Notes: generated by a model from the sequence alone, not told the origin. A stretch of 64,000 nucleotides of DNA from a virus (IMGVR_UViG_3300009788_000009:3934-67933); one strand, 5' to 3'. Shown: positions 39,761 to 48,817, counted from the stretch's first letter. Made by a program: numbers and translations.

Positions 39761-41831
39761 TAGCGGCGGCTCCTTGGGTGGGTGTTGGTTTAAGCGATGC
39801 AGTTAAGCGTATTTCACGCATCTTTTGTACATGGGTTAATATCTGTGCTCTACGGTCGTTCTCAGCTTCAATAGCCATTTTATAACCTTCGAGCTTCATT
39901 TCCATCATTGTTTCAGGACTAATGTCTGACTTATCCTCGATAGCTGCTTGCTGTGCCTCGATACTCTCCTTTCCAGCGCGGATAGATTTAAGGTTAGCTT
40001 CTGCATCTTTGTCCTTTGCTTCTGCTTCCTTAAGAAGGAGGTCTGCAACAGAGGTTCGTCTACCAAGTTCTTCCTCGAATTGGATTTGTTCATCAGACTT
40101 ATTACCATTCATAACGGCAAGTATTTCATTCTTATTACGTAGTTTGCTAGTCTCAATAATAACGCTATCTGGAAGCTCTACTCCTACCTCTGTTCTCAAG
40201 CGTACTGCTTGATCGAATTGAGTATCTTCAAAGTTATCACGTTCTGGCTCACTAGTAACAACAACGGAATATTCGCCTATAGTTAAATCACGCACAATAC
40301 TGCCTGTTGGCGAGACTTCATTGACCACTACTTGCTCATCCTGAGCACCTAGTCCAGCACCAGTTATGTTGATTAGGCGTGGCTCCGTATAATAACGCTG
40401 CACAATATCCAGCGTTCTTTCAGCGAGCATAGTATCCGATCTATTCAAGTTATCTAAAACAGGAGCTAGATTAGTACTACCTCTCGCCTGGTTAAACTTT
40501 ACAGCTTTAGCGGCAACATCTTCACGGGCGAACCCTGTCTGGTAATCAGACACACCGGATATGTTTTTTATATCTTCCTCAGCTTTAAAACTTATCCTAT
40601 CAAGTCCAGTAGGGATTTGGTTAGGTGTAATCTTCTCCAAACCCTCCATTCTTTCAACAACAGCTACAAACCCTGTTTCAGCACCTTGTGTTCTAAGGTC
40701 TTCATCATCCATGTTTTTCATGTTACCTTGTTCAACCTTCCAACCACTGTTAGCAGTTGTATTAAGTACATGAAGTTCTTGAGAACGAGATTTGTTAAGT
40801 AATTCTTGGGGACCAATCAGGTTTTCTACAATACCTATTGTTTTGCCCCTTCTAAAATGAGGGAAGTATGGTACTACAGTGAAGTGCTTATATGGAGATA
40901 CTTTGTCATGCATAGTTACATCACCAGCAGTAACAGACCATTGCACTCTAAACCCCTTCTTCTTAATAGTACCTAATGCAGGGTTTTCTTCTAGAAACCT
41001 AACAATCCTTTCTCTTTTCCATGTTGGAGGTATTTCTCTCATATCACCTTTAGTAATATCTACAAAGTACTCAAGTACAGCTAATTCCTTAAACTGCCTA
41101 TCAAAGATACGTACTTTACGCATCTCGTTACCCATAAAGTCTCTATTATATCCAGGGCGACCTAACTTCATAGGATCAGTACTGTTACCAAACCTATCAG
41201 TTTGCCAATCTCCACCATCCATAAAGTCATATGGGCTATAATCGTCTGGTTTACCCTCTAACTCCTTTCTTACCTTAACACCATATAGCAACTCTATATT
41301 ATCAAGAGTTAACCACCTTGATATCATAACATCTGACCAATCCTTCATATCATACTGAGAAGCATCAGGATCAAGTAATACGGAGGTAGGAGGCAAGCAG
41401 GTTATACGTGCTTCACCCATAAGTGAATCATCAAAATCGAGTCTTACGTTATAGAATCCCCGACCTGTTATAATACCATCTAAGTAGACATTTGTCCTAG
41501 TCCAGGGTAGACGGTTATTATGACTAATCTGCATAAACACTTTAGTAAGTGCATCAGCAATCTCAGCAGTACCTTCTTTAGCAGGTCTATATGCTACCGC
41601 ACTACGATTGAACAACTGTTCGCCAATTACGTTAGATATGGTATTGAGGATTTTATTAACAGTTATTGCAGGTCTTCTAGATGCAGCCAACTTAGCTAGG
41701 TCTGCTTTGTCCCATTGTATACCGGCAAAGAAGTCTTCACACTTACGAGCCTTATCTATGAAGTCTGTATGACCCTCATCGCGCATATACGTATAGCGAT
41801 ATGCTGCTTCTCTTGCTACATCAGTTGTCAT
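39753..41831 (-). CDS. Portal protein (P22-like)
   Basis: FFAGIQW...RRPAITVNKI, GRGF, GIVENLIGPQ..LNK motifs; follows TerL. Confidence 0.9.
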   Translation of the reverse strand: MTTDVAREAAYRYTYMRDEGHTDFIDKARKCEDFFAGIQWDKADLAKLAASRRPAITVNKILNTISNVIGEQLFNRSAVAYRPAKEGTAEIADALTKVFMQISHNNRLPWTRTNVYLDGIITGRGFYNVRLDFDDSLMGEARITCLPPTSVLLDPDASQYDMKDWSDVMISRWLTLDNIELLYGVKVRKELEGKPDDYSPYDFMDGGDWQTDRFGNSTDPMKLGRPGYNRDFMGNEMRKVRIFDRQFKELAVLEYFVDITKGDMREIPPTWKRERIVRFLEENPALGTIKKKGFRVQWSVTAGDVTMHDKVSPYKHFTVVPYFPHFRRGKTIGIVENLIGPQELLNKSRSQELHVLNTTANSGWKVEQGNMKNMDDEDLRTQGAETGFVAVVERMEGLEKITPNQIPTGLDRISFKAEEDIKNISGVSDYQTGFAREDVAAKAVKFNQARGSTNLAPVLDNLNRSDTMLAERTLDIVQRYYTEPRLINITGAGLGAQDEQVVVNEVSPTGSIVRDLTIGEYSVVVTSEPERDNFEDTQFDQAVRLRTEVGVELPDSVIIETSKLRNKNEILAVMNGNKSDEQIQFEEELGRRTSVADLLLKEAEAKDKDAEANLKSIRAGKESIEAQQAAIEDKSDISPETMMEMKLEGYKMAIEAENDRRAQILTHVQKMREIRLTASLKPTPTQGAAANA

Positions 41832-41899
41832 ACAGGAGTATCTCCAATGTTATTCAGCTCCTATCGGGGGTTGCAACCACGTATCTATAATAGCAGATT

Positions 41900-43525
41900 T
41901 TATGCGCTCATGAAAGAGCCACGACCATCTGAAACGGCAATGTGGTCTTTTAACCTATCTTTAATAAGCTTATGCTTTCTATCTGCTCTGCGTATAGGTA
42001 CTACTTGTTTATGTTTTGCAACCATAGGAGCTTTAGTTAATCCTACTCTTACATTCCATGCTAAGGCATCTACAAAATCATCATGAGCACCGGCTGGAAA
42101 CTGTAGTAACTCTTTACGTGCTGCATTGAACCAAGTAGCACCTTGAGGGAAATATATCAACCCCTTCTCCATGCGCCCTTGTAATGGCCTAGCACGTACA
42201 GCTTTGTCACTAAGTGGTTTAAGCTCTGTAACTCTCTTACTTAAATCCCTCTCATTACACTCTAGTTCATAACTATCTTGCAGAGCTTTCCATATCTGAC
42301 CATCCTCAACACCTACAGTATATGATCCAGCTAAATGAGACCATCTTTCTGCCGTATCACACATGTTACGTACTATCTCAAACGTCTTACCTCTAAACCT
42401 CTTAACCTCACATATGTACTGTCTACGACTCTCATCCATCATAGTTGTTACACCAACAGTCCAGTCATTGTGCTGTTTAATACCTATAGCAAAGTCCCAG
42501 GTTGTTATAATAGTTCTACCAACGGGATCAGGTAATGTATTTGCAATGAGTATCTGATCTTCTGTAAAGTAGCTTCCAGTATCAGGTACAGGACTTTGCT
42601 GATACAAAGCATTCCATATACGTTCTGGCTGTACTGAGCGTATACGTTCTAATTCAGTTATTGAGTATCTCTCAGGGTGTAGTGCTTCACCCGGCTTACG
42701 GAGTAGTTCTAATCCAAGATCTATTGCATCCTCTATCTCATCCGATTCCCTTATTATCTCCCTTGTATCTACATCTCTGTATTCAAACTCCTCAGCTATA
42801 GCAGGATAACGTATTACCTCGTAAGTATCTCCTTTGAGATCCTCCATATGCTGAAGTAACCTACCAGCTAAATCATCAAAGTGCCACCATGTCTGAATGA
42901 TCAATACACCGCCACCAGGAGCGAGTCTGGAATACGCAGTAGAAAAGAACCACTGTTCCAGCTTCTCCCTTATGGTGAAACTATCTGCTTCTTCCATATT
43001 CTTAATAGGATCATCTACGATCAAGATATGGGCACCCTTACCAACTATAGGACCACCTACACCAGCTACGGTTAATCCACCTCGTTGTGTAGTCTTCCAA
43101 GATTCAGCAGCAGAGTTCTTCTTGTTAAGTCGTGAATCAGGGAATACCTGCTGGTATAACTTATCATTTAACTGATCCCTTACTTGACGACTAAACTCTA
43201 ACGGCAAATCGAGGTTATAGCCAATGTTCATTACTTCTAAGTGGGGATACTGACCTAATGCCCATGCAGGGAACCTCACCGAAGATATCTCACTCTTACC
43301 ACCACGCGGAGGAACCAATAGCATGAGCCTTGGTGACTCTCCAGCGATAACAGCAACTAAGAACCTTTCGAGCCTCTCACAGATATCTGCATGTACCCAT
43401 CCAGGTAAGTAGTGGGGATGAGATGACTTGATATAGTGCAGTAGATCACGCTTCATCGCCTCACGATGCGCGAGTTCTCGTACAATGCGTTTTTTGACTA
43501 CATTATCAATGTGAAGGGAGGTCAC
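41900..43525 (-). CDS. Terminase large subunit
   Basis: Walker A PPRGGKS, Walker B LIVDDP, nuclease motifs WDFA and HDDFVDA. Confidence 0.95.
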   Translation of the reverse strand: MTSLHIDNVVKKRIVRELAHREAMKRDLLHYIKSSHPHYLPGWVHADICERLERFLVAVIAGESPRLMLLVPPRGGKSEISSVRFPAWALGQYPHLEVMNIGYNLDLPLEFSRQVRDQLNDKLYQQVFPDSRLNKKNSAAESWKTTQRGGLTVAGVGGPIVGKGAHILIVDDPIKNMEEADSFTIREKLEQWFFSTAYSRLAPGGGVLIIQTWWHFDDLAGRLLQHMEDLKGDTYEVIRYPAIAEEFEYRDVDTREIIRESDEIEDAIDLGLELLRKPGEALHPERYSITELERIRSVQPERIWNALYQQSPVPDTGSYFTEDQILIANTLPDPVGRTIITTWDFAIGIKQHNDWTVGVTTMMDESRRQYICEVKRFRGKTFEIVRNMCDTAERWSHLAGSYTVGVEDGQIWKALQDSYELECNERDLSKRVTELKPLSDKAVRARPLQGRMEKGLIYFPQGATWFNAARKELLQFPAGAHDDFVDALAWNVRVGLTKAPMVAKHKQVVPIRRADRKHKLIKDRLKDHIAVSDGRGSFMSA

Positions 43526-44015
43526 TTAACTCGCCTTCAATAATGTCGTTAGAAACTAGCTTAAGTAGGTCTTCGGTAGAAGCATCTTCAAGAGCTTCGG
43601 GAGTAGTGATTGAAATCTTGACTTCTTTCTTCTCAGTATAAGCTCCTATTAACTTGCCTATCTCACGCCAACCAGCAATCATCCCTAGTGCATTGTCAGT
43701 AGCCCTCGATACGTCGATTGCATCTAACATACCCTGTTGAACATCGGCTATGGTGAGGTCCAGAGCTTTGCTGTACTCCTGTTGCATTATAGTTATGGCA
43801 CTAACTACGTTGGGATTACGCATAAGTATAGTAGCGTGATTACCTGTTGAATAACCTGCTTGTACGGCAGCGGCAGACATAGACAGCCCTGTAACCATGA
43901 CCCCCAATACAAAAGCCCTCTGTCGTGTCGTAAGGAGGGTTAAAGCATTGTGTACGGCGGGAGCCTGGAACTGATCTGAAATGGCGTTCTGTTTGACTGT
44001 AGCCAGCTTATTCAT
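43506..44015 (-). CDS. Terminase small subunit
   Basis: LTTRQRAFV...AAVQAGYS...LMRNPNV HTH motif; directly upstream of TerL. Confidence 0.85.
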   Translation of the reverse strand: MNKLATVKQNAISDQFQAPAVHNALTLLTTRQRAFVLGVMVTGLSMSAAAVQAGYSTGNHATILMRNPNVVSAITIMQQEYSKALDLTIADVQQGMLDAIDVSRATDNALGMIAGWREIGKLIGAYTEKKEVKISITTPEALEDASTEDLLKLVSNDIIEGELSDLPSH

Positions 44016-44021
44016 GACTCC

Positions 44022-44051
44022 ATTATATACCCCCTATATATAAGGAGTAAA
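44022..44051 (-). promoter_or_regulatory. Putative sigma70-type promoter of the virion operon
   Basis: Minus strand TTTACT-N18-TATAAT, 6 nt before the TerS ATG. Confidence 0.5.
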
Positions 44052-44217
44052 GAAATCTAGCTGAAAAGGGCTAAATAGTCGGTTAAGTTATAAAAAAAAT
44101 TTCGTGAGATATGTATAAAGAACGTGCGCTCCTCTCCCCCCTCCCTTCGGGATGGTAAGGGGGTGGGTTCGGATTCGGATTCCCTGTATTGAATAGGGGG
44201 TCAACAAGGAGTAACAC

Positions 44218-44562
44218 ATGAGACTACTACTTATTGTAGTTATGTTGTGTTTAGTAGCTCCAGTAGTACAAGCTGAAGTAATAAACGGCTTGGTAGTAAG
44301 AGTTGTAGACAGCGACACCTATTATGTTAAGACAACTGATGGTCGTCGGCTTAAGGTAAGACTAGCACTAGTACAGTGTGCCGAAGCAGGCACAATCAAA
44401 GGTGATAGTCTCACTCAACTCATGACTACACTACTCCTTAACCAACATGTCACCTTAGACATACATGGTCTAGGATACTACAAGAGACACATAGCACACG
44501 TATACTACCTCGATACTGACGTTAACCAATTCCTTCTAGATAACCACTGTCCACCATACTAG
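44218..44562 (+). CDS. Thermonuclease (SNase) family protein with signal peptide
   Basis: VVRVVDSDT, KVRL..V..AE, YKRHIAHV, DVN..LL motifs; hydrophobic N-terminus ending VQA; AAGGAG RBS. Confidence 0.8.
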   Translation: MRLLLIVVMLCLVAPVVQAEVINGLVVRVVDSDTYYVKTTDGRRLKVRLALVQCAEAGTIKGDSLTQLMTTLLLNQHVTLDIHGLGYYKRHIAHVYYLDTDVNQFLLDNHCPPY

Positions 44563-44571
44563 TAAGGTTAT

Positions 44572-44696
44572 ACATATGATACCCCACTATCAAGGGGTAC
44601 ATATTACCACTCTCCATCACCTAAGAGGATATGCGAAGATAGACATGTGATACCCCACTATCAAGGGGTACACATTACCACTCTACATCACCTAAG
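44572..44696. repeat. Two 54-bp direct repeats (44572-44625, 44643-44696) with internal inverted repeat TACCCC-N8-GGGGTA
   Basis: 51/54 identical, 17 bp apart. Confidence 0.9.
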
Positions 44697-44769
44697 GAGT
44701 ACACGCTTATAGCCTAGTCAGAGTAGGCTATTGGGGTAATACTACTGTTACCTGTAACTGGAGGCTATT

Positions 44770-45129
44770 ATGTTAAGTATAGTTAAGTTAGTACGTGATC
44801 GTTTCTTTGTTGATGGTGTTGCACTTGTTGGACGGTGCGATGACATCACTAAGGAGAGTCATAGGGTTCATGAGTTGGAAGTGGAGGCAAAGAACGCTCG
44901 CCACCACCTGACTACTGATGCTACCAATGTGTTGCATGATATGGTTGTCAACATGCTTGATATAACTAAGGCTGATAATACACACACAGTCAATAGGATA
45001 CCAGCTATCAAGTTGTATCGTATCATTACCAACTGTGGTCTCAAAGAAGCCAAGGATATGATTGAAGAACAGTTCATTGAACTTGGTCTGTACTGGTATC
45101 GTCCTCATGATGATGATATCCCGTTCTAG
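44770..45129 (+). CDS. Ribosomal L7/L12 C-terminal-domain protein with SSB-like DDDIPF tail
   Basis: NRIPAIKLYRIITNCGLKEAKDMIE matches the L7/L12 CTD motif K...IK..R..TGLGLKEAKD.VE; ends HDDDIPF. Confidence 0.8.
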   Translation: MLSIVKLVRDRFFVDGVALVGRCDDITKESHRVHELEVEAKNARHHLTTDATNVLHDMVVNMLDITKADNTHTVNRIPAIKLYRIITNCGLKEAKDMIEEQFIELGLYWYRPHDDDIPF

Positions 45130-45197
45130 GGTTTAATACCCTCCTAACCTAGCTTGCTAGGTTAGTGGGGCAATTGCGCTCGCAAAGGAGTTCTATC

Positions 45198-45371
45198 ATG
45201 GAACTAGCAACACATGTAGACCGAGAGGGCTACAAGCATATCGAAACAACAGTTGATCAGTACTCTAGTATTGATGAGCTGTACGAGGATCATAGTATTA
45301 GTATGATCATTGACTTCGATCAGCGTGTAGACGAAGGTGGATTTGAGTTCTTCCACATCAAAGCGTTATGA
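45198..45371 (+). CDS. Small acidic early protein
   Basis: AAGGAG RBS before ATG 45198. Confidence 0.6.
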   Translation: MELATHVDREGYKHIETTVDQYSSIDELYEDHSISMIIDFDQRVDEGGFEFFHIKAL

Positions 45372-45595
45372 AGTATATAACGTTGGCATTGGGTATCTTA
45401 ATGATACTCATAGGTTGGAGGGCGTGTACCTACACGCCTATCCACCTTACATCACACACCATTAGCAACGGTGAACAGTTCACATGCATCTATGAAACAA
45501 AGGATGACTTTGAACAGGCCCAAATGGATGGCATATTCAGGGGGGATATGTTCTATGTTAACGAAGACGGTACTAAGGAGGTACTAAGTAAATGA
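45368..45595 (+). CDS. Small early membrane-anchored protein
   Basis: N-terminal hydrophobic segment; ATGA overlap. Confidence 0.55.
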   Translation: MKYITLALGILMILIGWRACTYTPIHLTSHTISNGEQFTCIYETKDDFEQAQMDGIFRGDMFYVNEDGTKEVLSK

Positions 45596-45822
45596 GTAAA
45601 CTTAAAGCGAAAGAAACCAAGGTATGTAGAGAGTATGTTAACACTTACTACCCCGATAGACGAGGGTATCTAGGTACATGCTACTACCTGGTATGGGCAC
45701 TAACCTCTAAAGGTTGGTTCTATCTTAACACCAAGTTCCTCAATCCTGCTCATGCAGCAAAGATGGAGGCTAAGATACTTGGTAGTAAGATCAACACTAC
45801 TAACTGGAGTACATTTATATGA
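45592..45822 (+). CDS. Small early hypothetical protein
   Basis: AAGGAGG RBS. Confidence 0.6.
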   Translation: MSKLKAKETKVCREYVNTYYPDRRGYLGTCYYLVWALTSKGWFYLNTKFLNPAHAAKMEAKILGSKINTTNWSTFI

Positions 45823-45972
45823 TGGAAGTATTCAGGTTAGAGATGGATCAAAACACCGATGAAGTTAAACTCATACGAGAGTATACGTATGATCAAGAGT
45901 GGATTGATAAACAGGATGAGCATAATGATTACGTTATGCTTGATATTATTAGCCCTATAAGTCATAAGGATA

Positions 45973-46371
45973 TTGATTATGAAAGACGAAGCAGGTAATT
46001 GCAACCTCTGTGACAATGGTCTACGTGAGTGTAGCTGTTGTCGGGAGTGTGGCGAAGGATACAGCATGGAACACACTACTAGAGATAACGATGGTAAGTG
46101 TTTCAGTTGTTCATTCTGGCATCAACGTTGGTGTAGGCATAAAGCCAACCCTGATACCTCGTTTATTGTTAAGGGTACTGCATACATGGTGTGTGCAGAA
46201 CCCGAAGAAGGTAAGCGGCCCATCTTCCAAGGATTTGGTGGATCTAAGTTCGATATCTACCCTCATTCTGGAGGACACATTGTATCTCACAATGTATGGT
46301 GTCAAGGAGATGTTCCTGATAGGTTCAAGGATCGTCTTCCTAATAACGCTGCTTTTATCAAACCTGACTAG
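45973..46371 (+). CDS. Cys-rich early protein
   Basis: Several CxxC pairs; CFSCSFW, GFGGSKF and SHNVWCQG motifs. Confidence 0.65.
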   Translation: MIMKDEAGNCNLCDNGLRECSCCRECGEGYSMEHTTRDNDGKCFSCSFWHQRWCRHKANPDTSFIVKGTAYMVCAEPEEGKRPIFQGFGGSKFDIYPHSGGHIVSHNVWCQGDVPDRFKDRLPNNAAFIKPD

Positions 46372-46448
46372 CGATTAGGACACGCTACTAGTCACTTCAA
46401 CAGAGGTGGCTAGTGGGGTAATCCTGCCCGAATAACTTAGAGGTTATT

Positions 46449-46622
46449 ATGAAAGTTACAATAGATGTAGATAAGATCGTCGCTAAGGGTTCTGAACTTA
46501 GTGTACGTGGATTCCGTGGTGTGAAAGCTGTTGCACCATCGGTTAAAACCAAGGCTGTCTCATTCAAAGATCGAATGAAGGCTGCTGTTAATGCAGGCGT
46601 TAAGGCTGCAAAGGAGGCTTGA
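46449..46622 (+). CDS. Small basic early protein (57 aa, not in ORF track)
   Basis: AGGAGG RBS; MKVTIDVDKI...AAKEA. Confidence 0.6.
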   Translation: MKVTIDVDKIVAKGSELSVRGFRGVKAVAPSVKTKAVSFKDRMKAAVNAGVKAAKEA

Positions 46623-46799
46623 TGGAAGTAGTAAGTAAAATAGTATTCACACTGATACTTGGTGTGTGCTATGTTGTTGGAGCTGTCATTATATATTCAT
46701 TGACAGTGTATCTCATGCTCAAGTATAGGAGATCATACGTTGAGTGTAAACACGCTGCTAACATGTGGGCGTTCATCAAGGCTACAGGAGGTTAGCCAA

Positions 46800-47096
46800 A
46801 TGGTAATTGAATCTGGAGTCATAATATTCATTGGACTCCTCTTTATATTCGTTAAGTTTCCCAGGCATTGGGTACTTATCGGATTAGGTTATGCTCTCTG
46901 GATAGATCTCGGAGCTGCACTCGCAGCATACGTTCTACACTGGGGCACATTCACAGGTACTATGGCAGCAGCAGTAGCAGGTCTCATGACCTCTGCAATG
47001 ACTACTATAGGTCGCAGGTGGATGGGGTTCACGTTCTATAACCCTGACGCTGGAGAATGGCAGTATAAAAGAGGTTTAAGGAACCTATATAAGTAA
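46800..47096 (+). CDS. Early multi-TM membrane protein
   Basis: AGGAGG RBS before ATG 46800; LHWGTFTGTMAAAVAGL hydrophobic motif. Confidence 0.65.
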   Translation: MVIESGVIIFIGLLFIFVKFPRHWVLIGLGYALWIDLGAALAAYVLHWGTFTGTMAAAVAGLMTSAMTTIGRRWMGFTFYNPDAGEWQYKRGLRNLYK

Positions 47097-47107
47097 TACT
47101 GTCACTT

Positions 47108-47137
47108 GTGGGGCCTCGAAAGAGGCCCTACTTTTTT
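47108..47137 (+). terminator. Rho-independent terminator
   Basis: GGGCCTC-GAAA-GAGGCCC then T6. Confidence 0.85.
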
Positions 47138-47318
47138 GGCTACGTAATGGTCACTAAAGTAACCACACTCGCGCTACGCGCTTCGTTCTCCTCGCTTCGC
47201 TCGTCGTAAGTGGAAAACCTCGCGCTACGCGACTTCGGTTCTCCACATTGTCTCCGACGGGGGCTAGGTATTAGGTGCATATGTTGTATATGTAATGTAA
47301 CTTAACTGGAGATAGATA

Positions 47319-47987
47319 ATGACTGATTTAAATAGCGAACTACATGATTGGGGAACACGTATCGAGGAAGAGTGGGCTACTGACCTAGATCCTGAACGTC
47401 TAGCATTTCTTAGAAATAAGATACTGTACAAGGGTCTAGAGACAGCAGCAAAATCGTTCCTCTATTACCTTGATGCACCAGCATACAGGGACACAACGTT
47501 GGCACAGTCTATAGAATATAGGCAGTTTAGTAACTACTTCATGGACGATAGGACAGACTTCGAGAAGATAGCTACTAGTATATGCAACTGGATACTACCC
47601 CCAGAGGATGAAACACAGATGCCTAAGAAACCTGAATGGTATACCGATGAAGAGTGGGAAGCAGGGCAACAAGCCGCAAGCCATGATGAAGCAGGTAATC
47701 TGATCAGGCCGAAGGTTGAGGGGTTCATAACAGGTGCGTTCTATGAAAAGCCTTGTGTTTATCCCTCAGAGTATGATGGTGACAACGCACGTAGAATAGT
47801 AAGAGCATGTATGCAGAGTGTACTTACTAAGACAACGTTTGACAACAACAAATGTCTACGAGGTCTTGCAAGAGCTAACACAGCAAGATCAGTAGGTTGG
47901 TGGACAAACCAAGGATACAGTGCAAAGCAAGCGCATGAAGCAACAGTGAAGTTCGTAGACCATCATCAGCTTCATTGGGACAAATAA
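47319..47987 (+). CDS. Early hypothetical protein (222 aa)
   Basis: GGAG RBS, long ORF. Confidence 0.7.
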   Translation: MTDLNSELHDWGTRIEEEWATDLDPERLAFLRNKILYKGLETAAKSFLYYLDAPAYRDTTLAQSIEYRQFSNYFMDDRTDFEKIATSICNWILPPEDETQMPKKPEWYTDEEWEAGQQAASHDEAGNLIRPKVEGFITGAFYEKPCVYPSEYDGDNARRIVRACMQSVLTKTTFDNNKCLRGLARANTARSVGWWTNQGYSAKQAHEATVKFVDHHQLHWDK

Positions 47988-48014
47988 CCTCTAAGTAAGT
48001 AGTAAGTAAGGGTA

Positions 48015-48044
48015 GGGCAGTAGCGATACTGTCCCGCCTTTTTT
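48015..48044 (+). terminator. Rho-independent terminator
   Basis: GGGCAGTA-GCGA-TACTGTCC then T6. Confidence 0.75.
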
Positions 48045-48110
48045 AATAGCTACGTAATATAAGAAGTATATATAGTATGTATTAAGTAAACAAAAGAAGA
48101 GGTAAAGTAG

Positions 48111-48263
48111 ATGAAGATAACGATTGAAATTGGTCCTAACAGAATTACCAGGTTCTTTAGTCGTGTTCGCAACAGTATGATTGGAGCAGGACACGGCTTG
48201 AAGAAAGGGTGGAAAGAGTACAAACCACCATCGAAGCCTAGTAGGGTAGCAAAAGCTGCCTGA
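48111..48263 (+). CDS. Small basic early protein (50 aa, not in ORF track)
   Basis: GAGG RBS; MKITIEIG...RVAKAA. Confidence 0.55.
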   Translation: MKITIEIGPNRITRFFSRVRNSMIGAGHGLKKGWKEYKPPSKPSRVAKAA

Positions 48264-48289
48264 TAGGTATTACCTAAGCAAAGAGGAAA

Positions 48290-48817
48290 ATGAAGATGAA
48301 TGAGCAAATCAACAAGAGAGCAATTGAAACAGCGCAGAAGAGATTACGTGGATCATTTGGATTCAGAGCAGCAGAAAGCGTAGTTAATGGATTCAATGCG
48401 ACTGAGAACCTCACGGTATACAAAGCACACGAAGGTACGAAGGACGAACTACCCCGTTTGCTTGACTTGGCTATCGAACGTACCAAGCCCCAAGTAACGG
48501 CAGAAGACTACGCCAAACGCATGGGTGGTGATGTTGGTGAGGCAAAGGCAATCCTTGATGAACAGGTAGAGGAACACAAGACGTTAGTTAGTGAACGTCC
48601 CAAGCTTCTCAAACGTCTGGAAACACAGTTCAAGGATGCTCCCTCAAAGTATACAGAGTTGTCACAGTACGCTAATGACAACTACCAGAGGGTACTAAAA
48701 GCCTTGGCTCACGATGCACGTAGACAGTACATTCGTACAGGTCGGGAAGACTGGGCGAAGGCAGTAGAAGCAGCAGTAAATCCGCTGTTAATGGCAGTTG
48801 TAAAACTGGCTGCATAG
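48290..48817 (+). CDS. Early helical hypothetical protein ending in LAA
   Basis: GAGG RBS; followed by strong hairpin 48838-48867. Confidence 0.7.
   Translation: MKMNEQINKRAIETAQKRLRGSFGFRAAESVVNGFNATENLTVYKAHEGTKDELPRLLDLAIERTKPQVTAEDYAKRMGGDVGEAKAILDEQVEEHKTLVSERPKLLKRLETQFKDAPSKYTELSQYANDNYQRVLKALAHDARRQYIRTGREDWAKAVEAAVNPLLMAVVKLAA

Noticed and set aside
11042-43175. Many + strand ORFs in the track (e.g. 12134-12715, 29683-30612, 30616-31278, 38902-39303)
   Set aside because: They lie antisense to long, coherent virion genes and mirror their repeats or codon bias; no RBS or motifs.
44572-44696. Mini-CRISPR array
   Set aside because: Only two 54-bp repeats with a 17-bp gap and no cas genes; geometry does not fit CRISPR.
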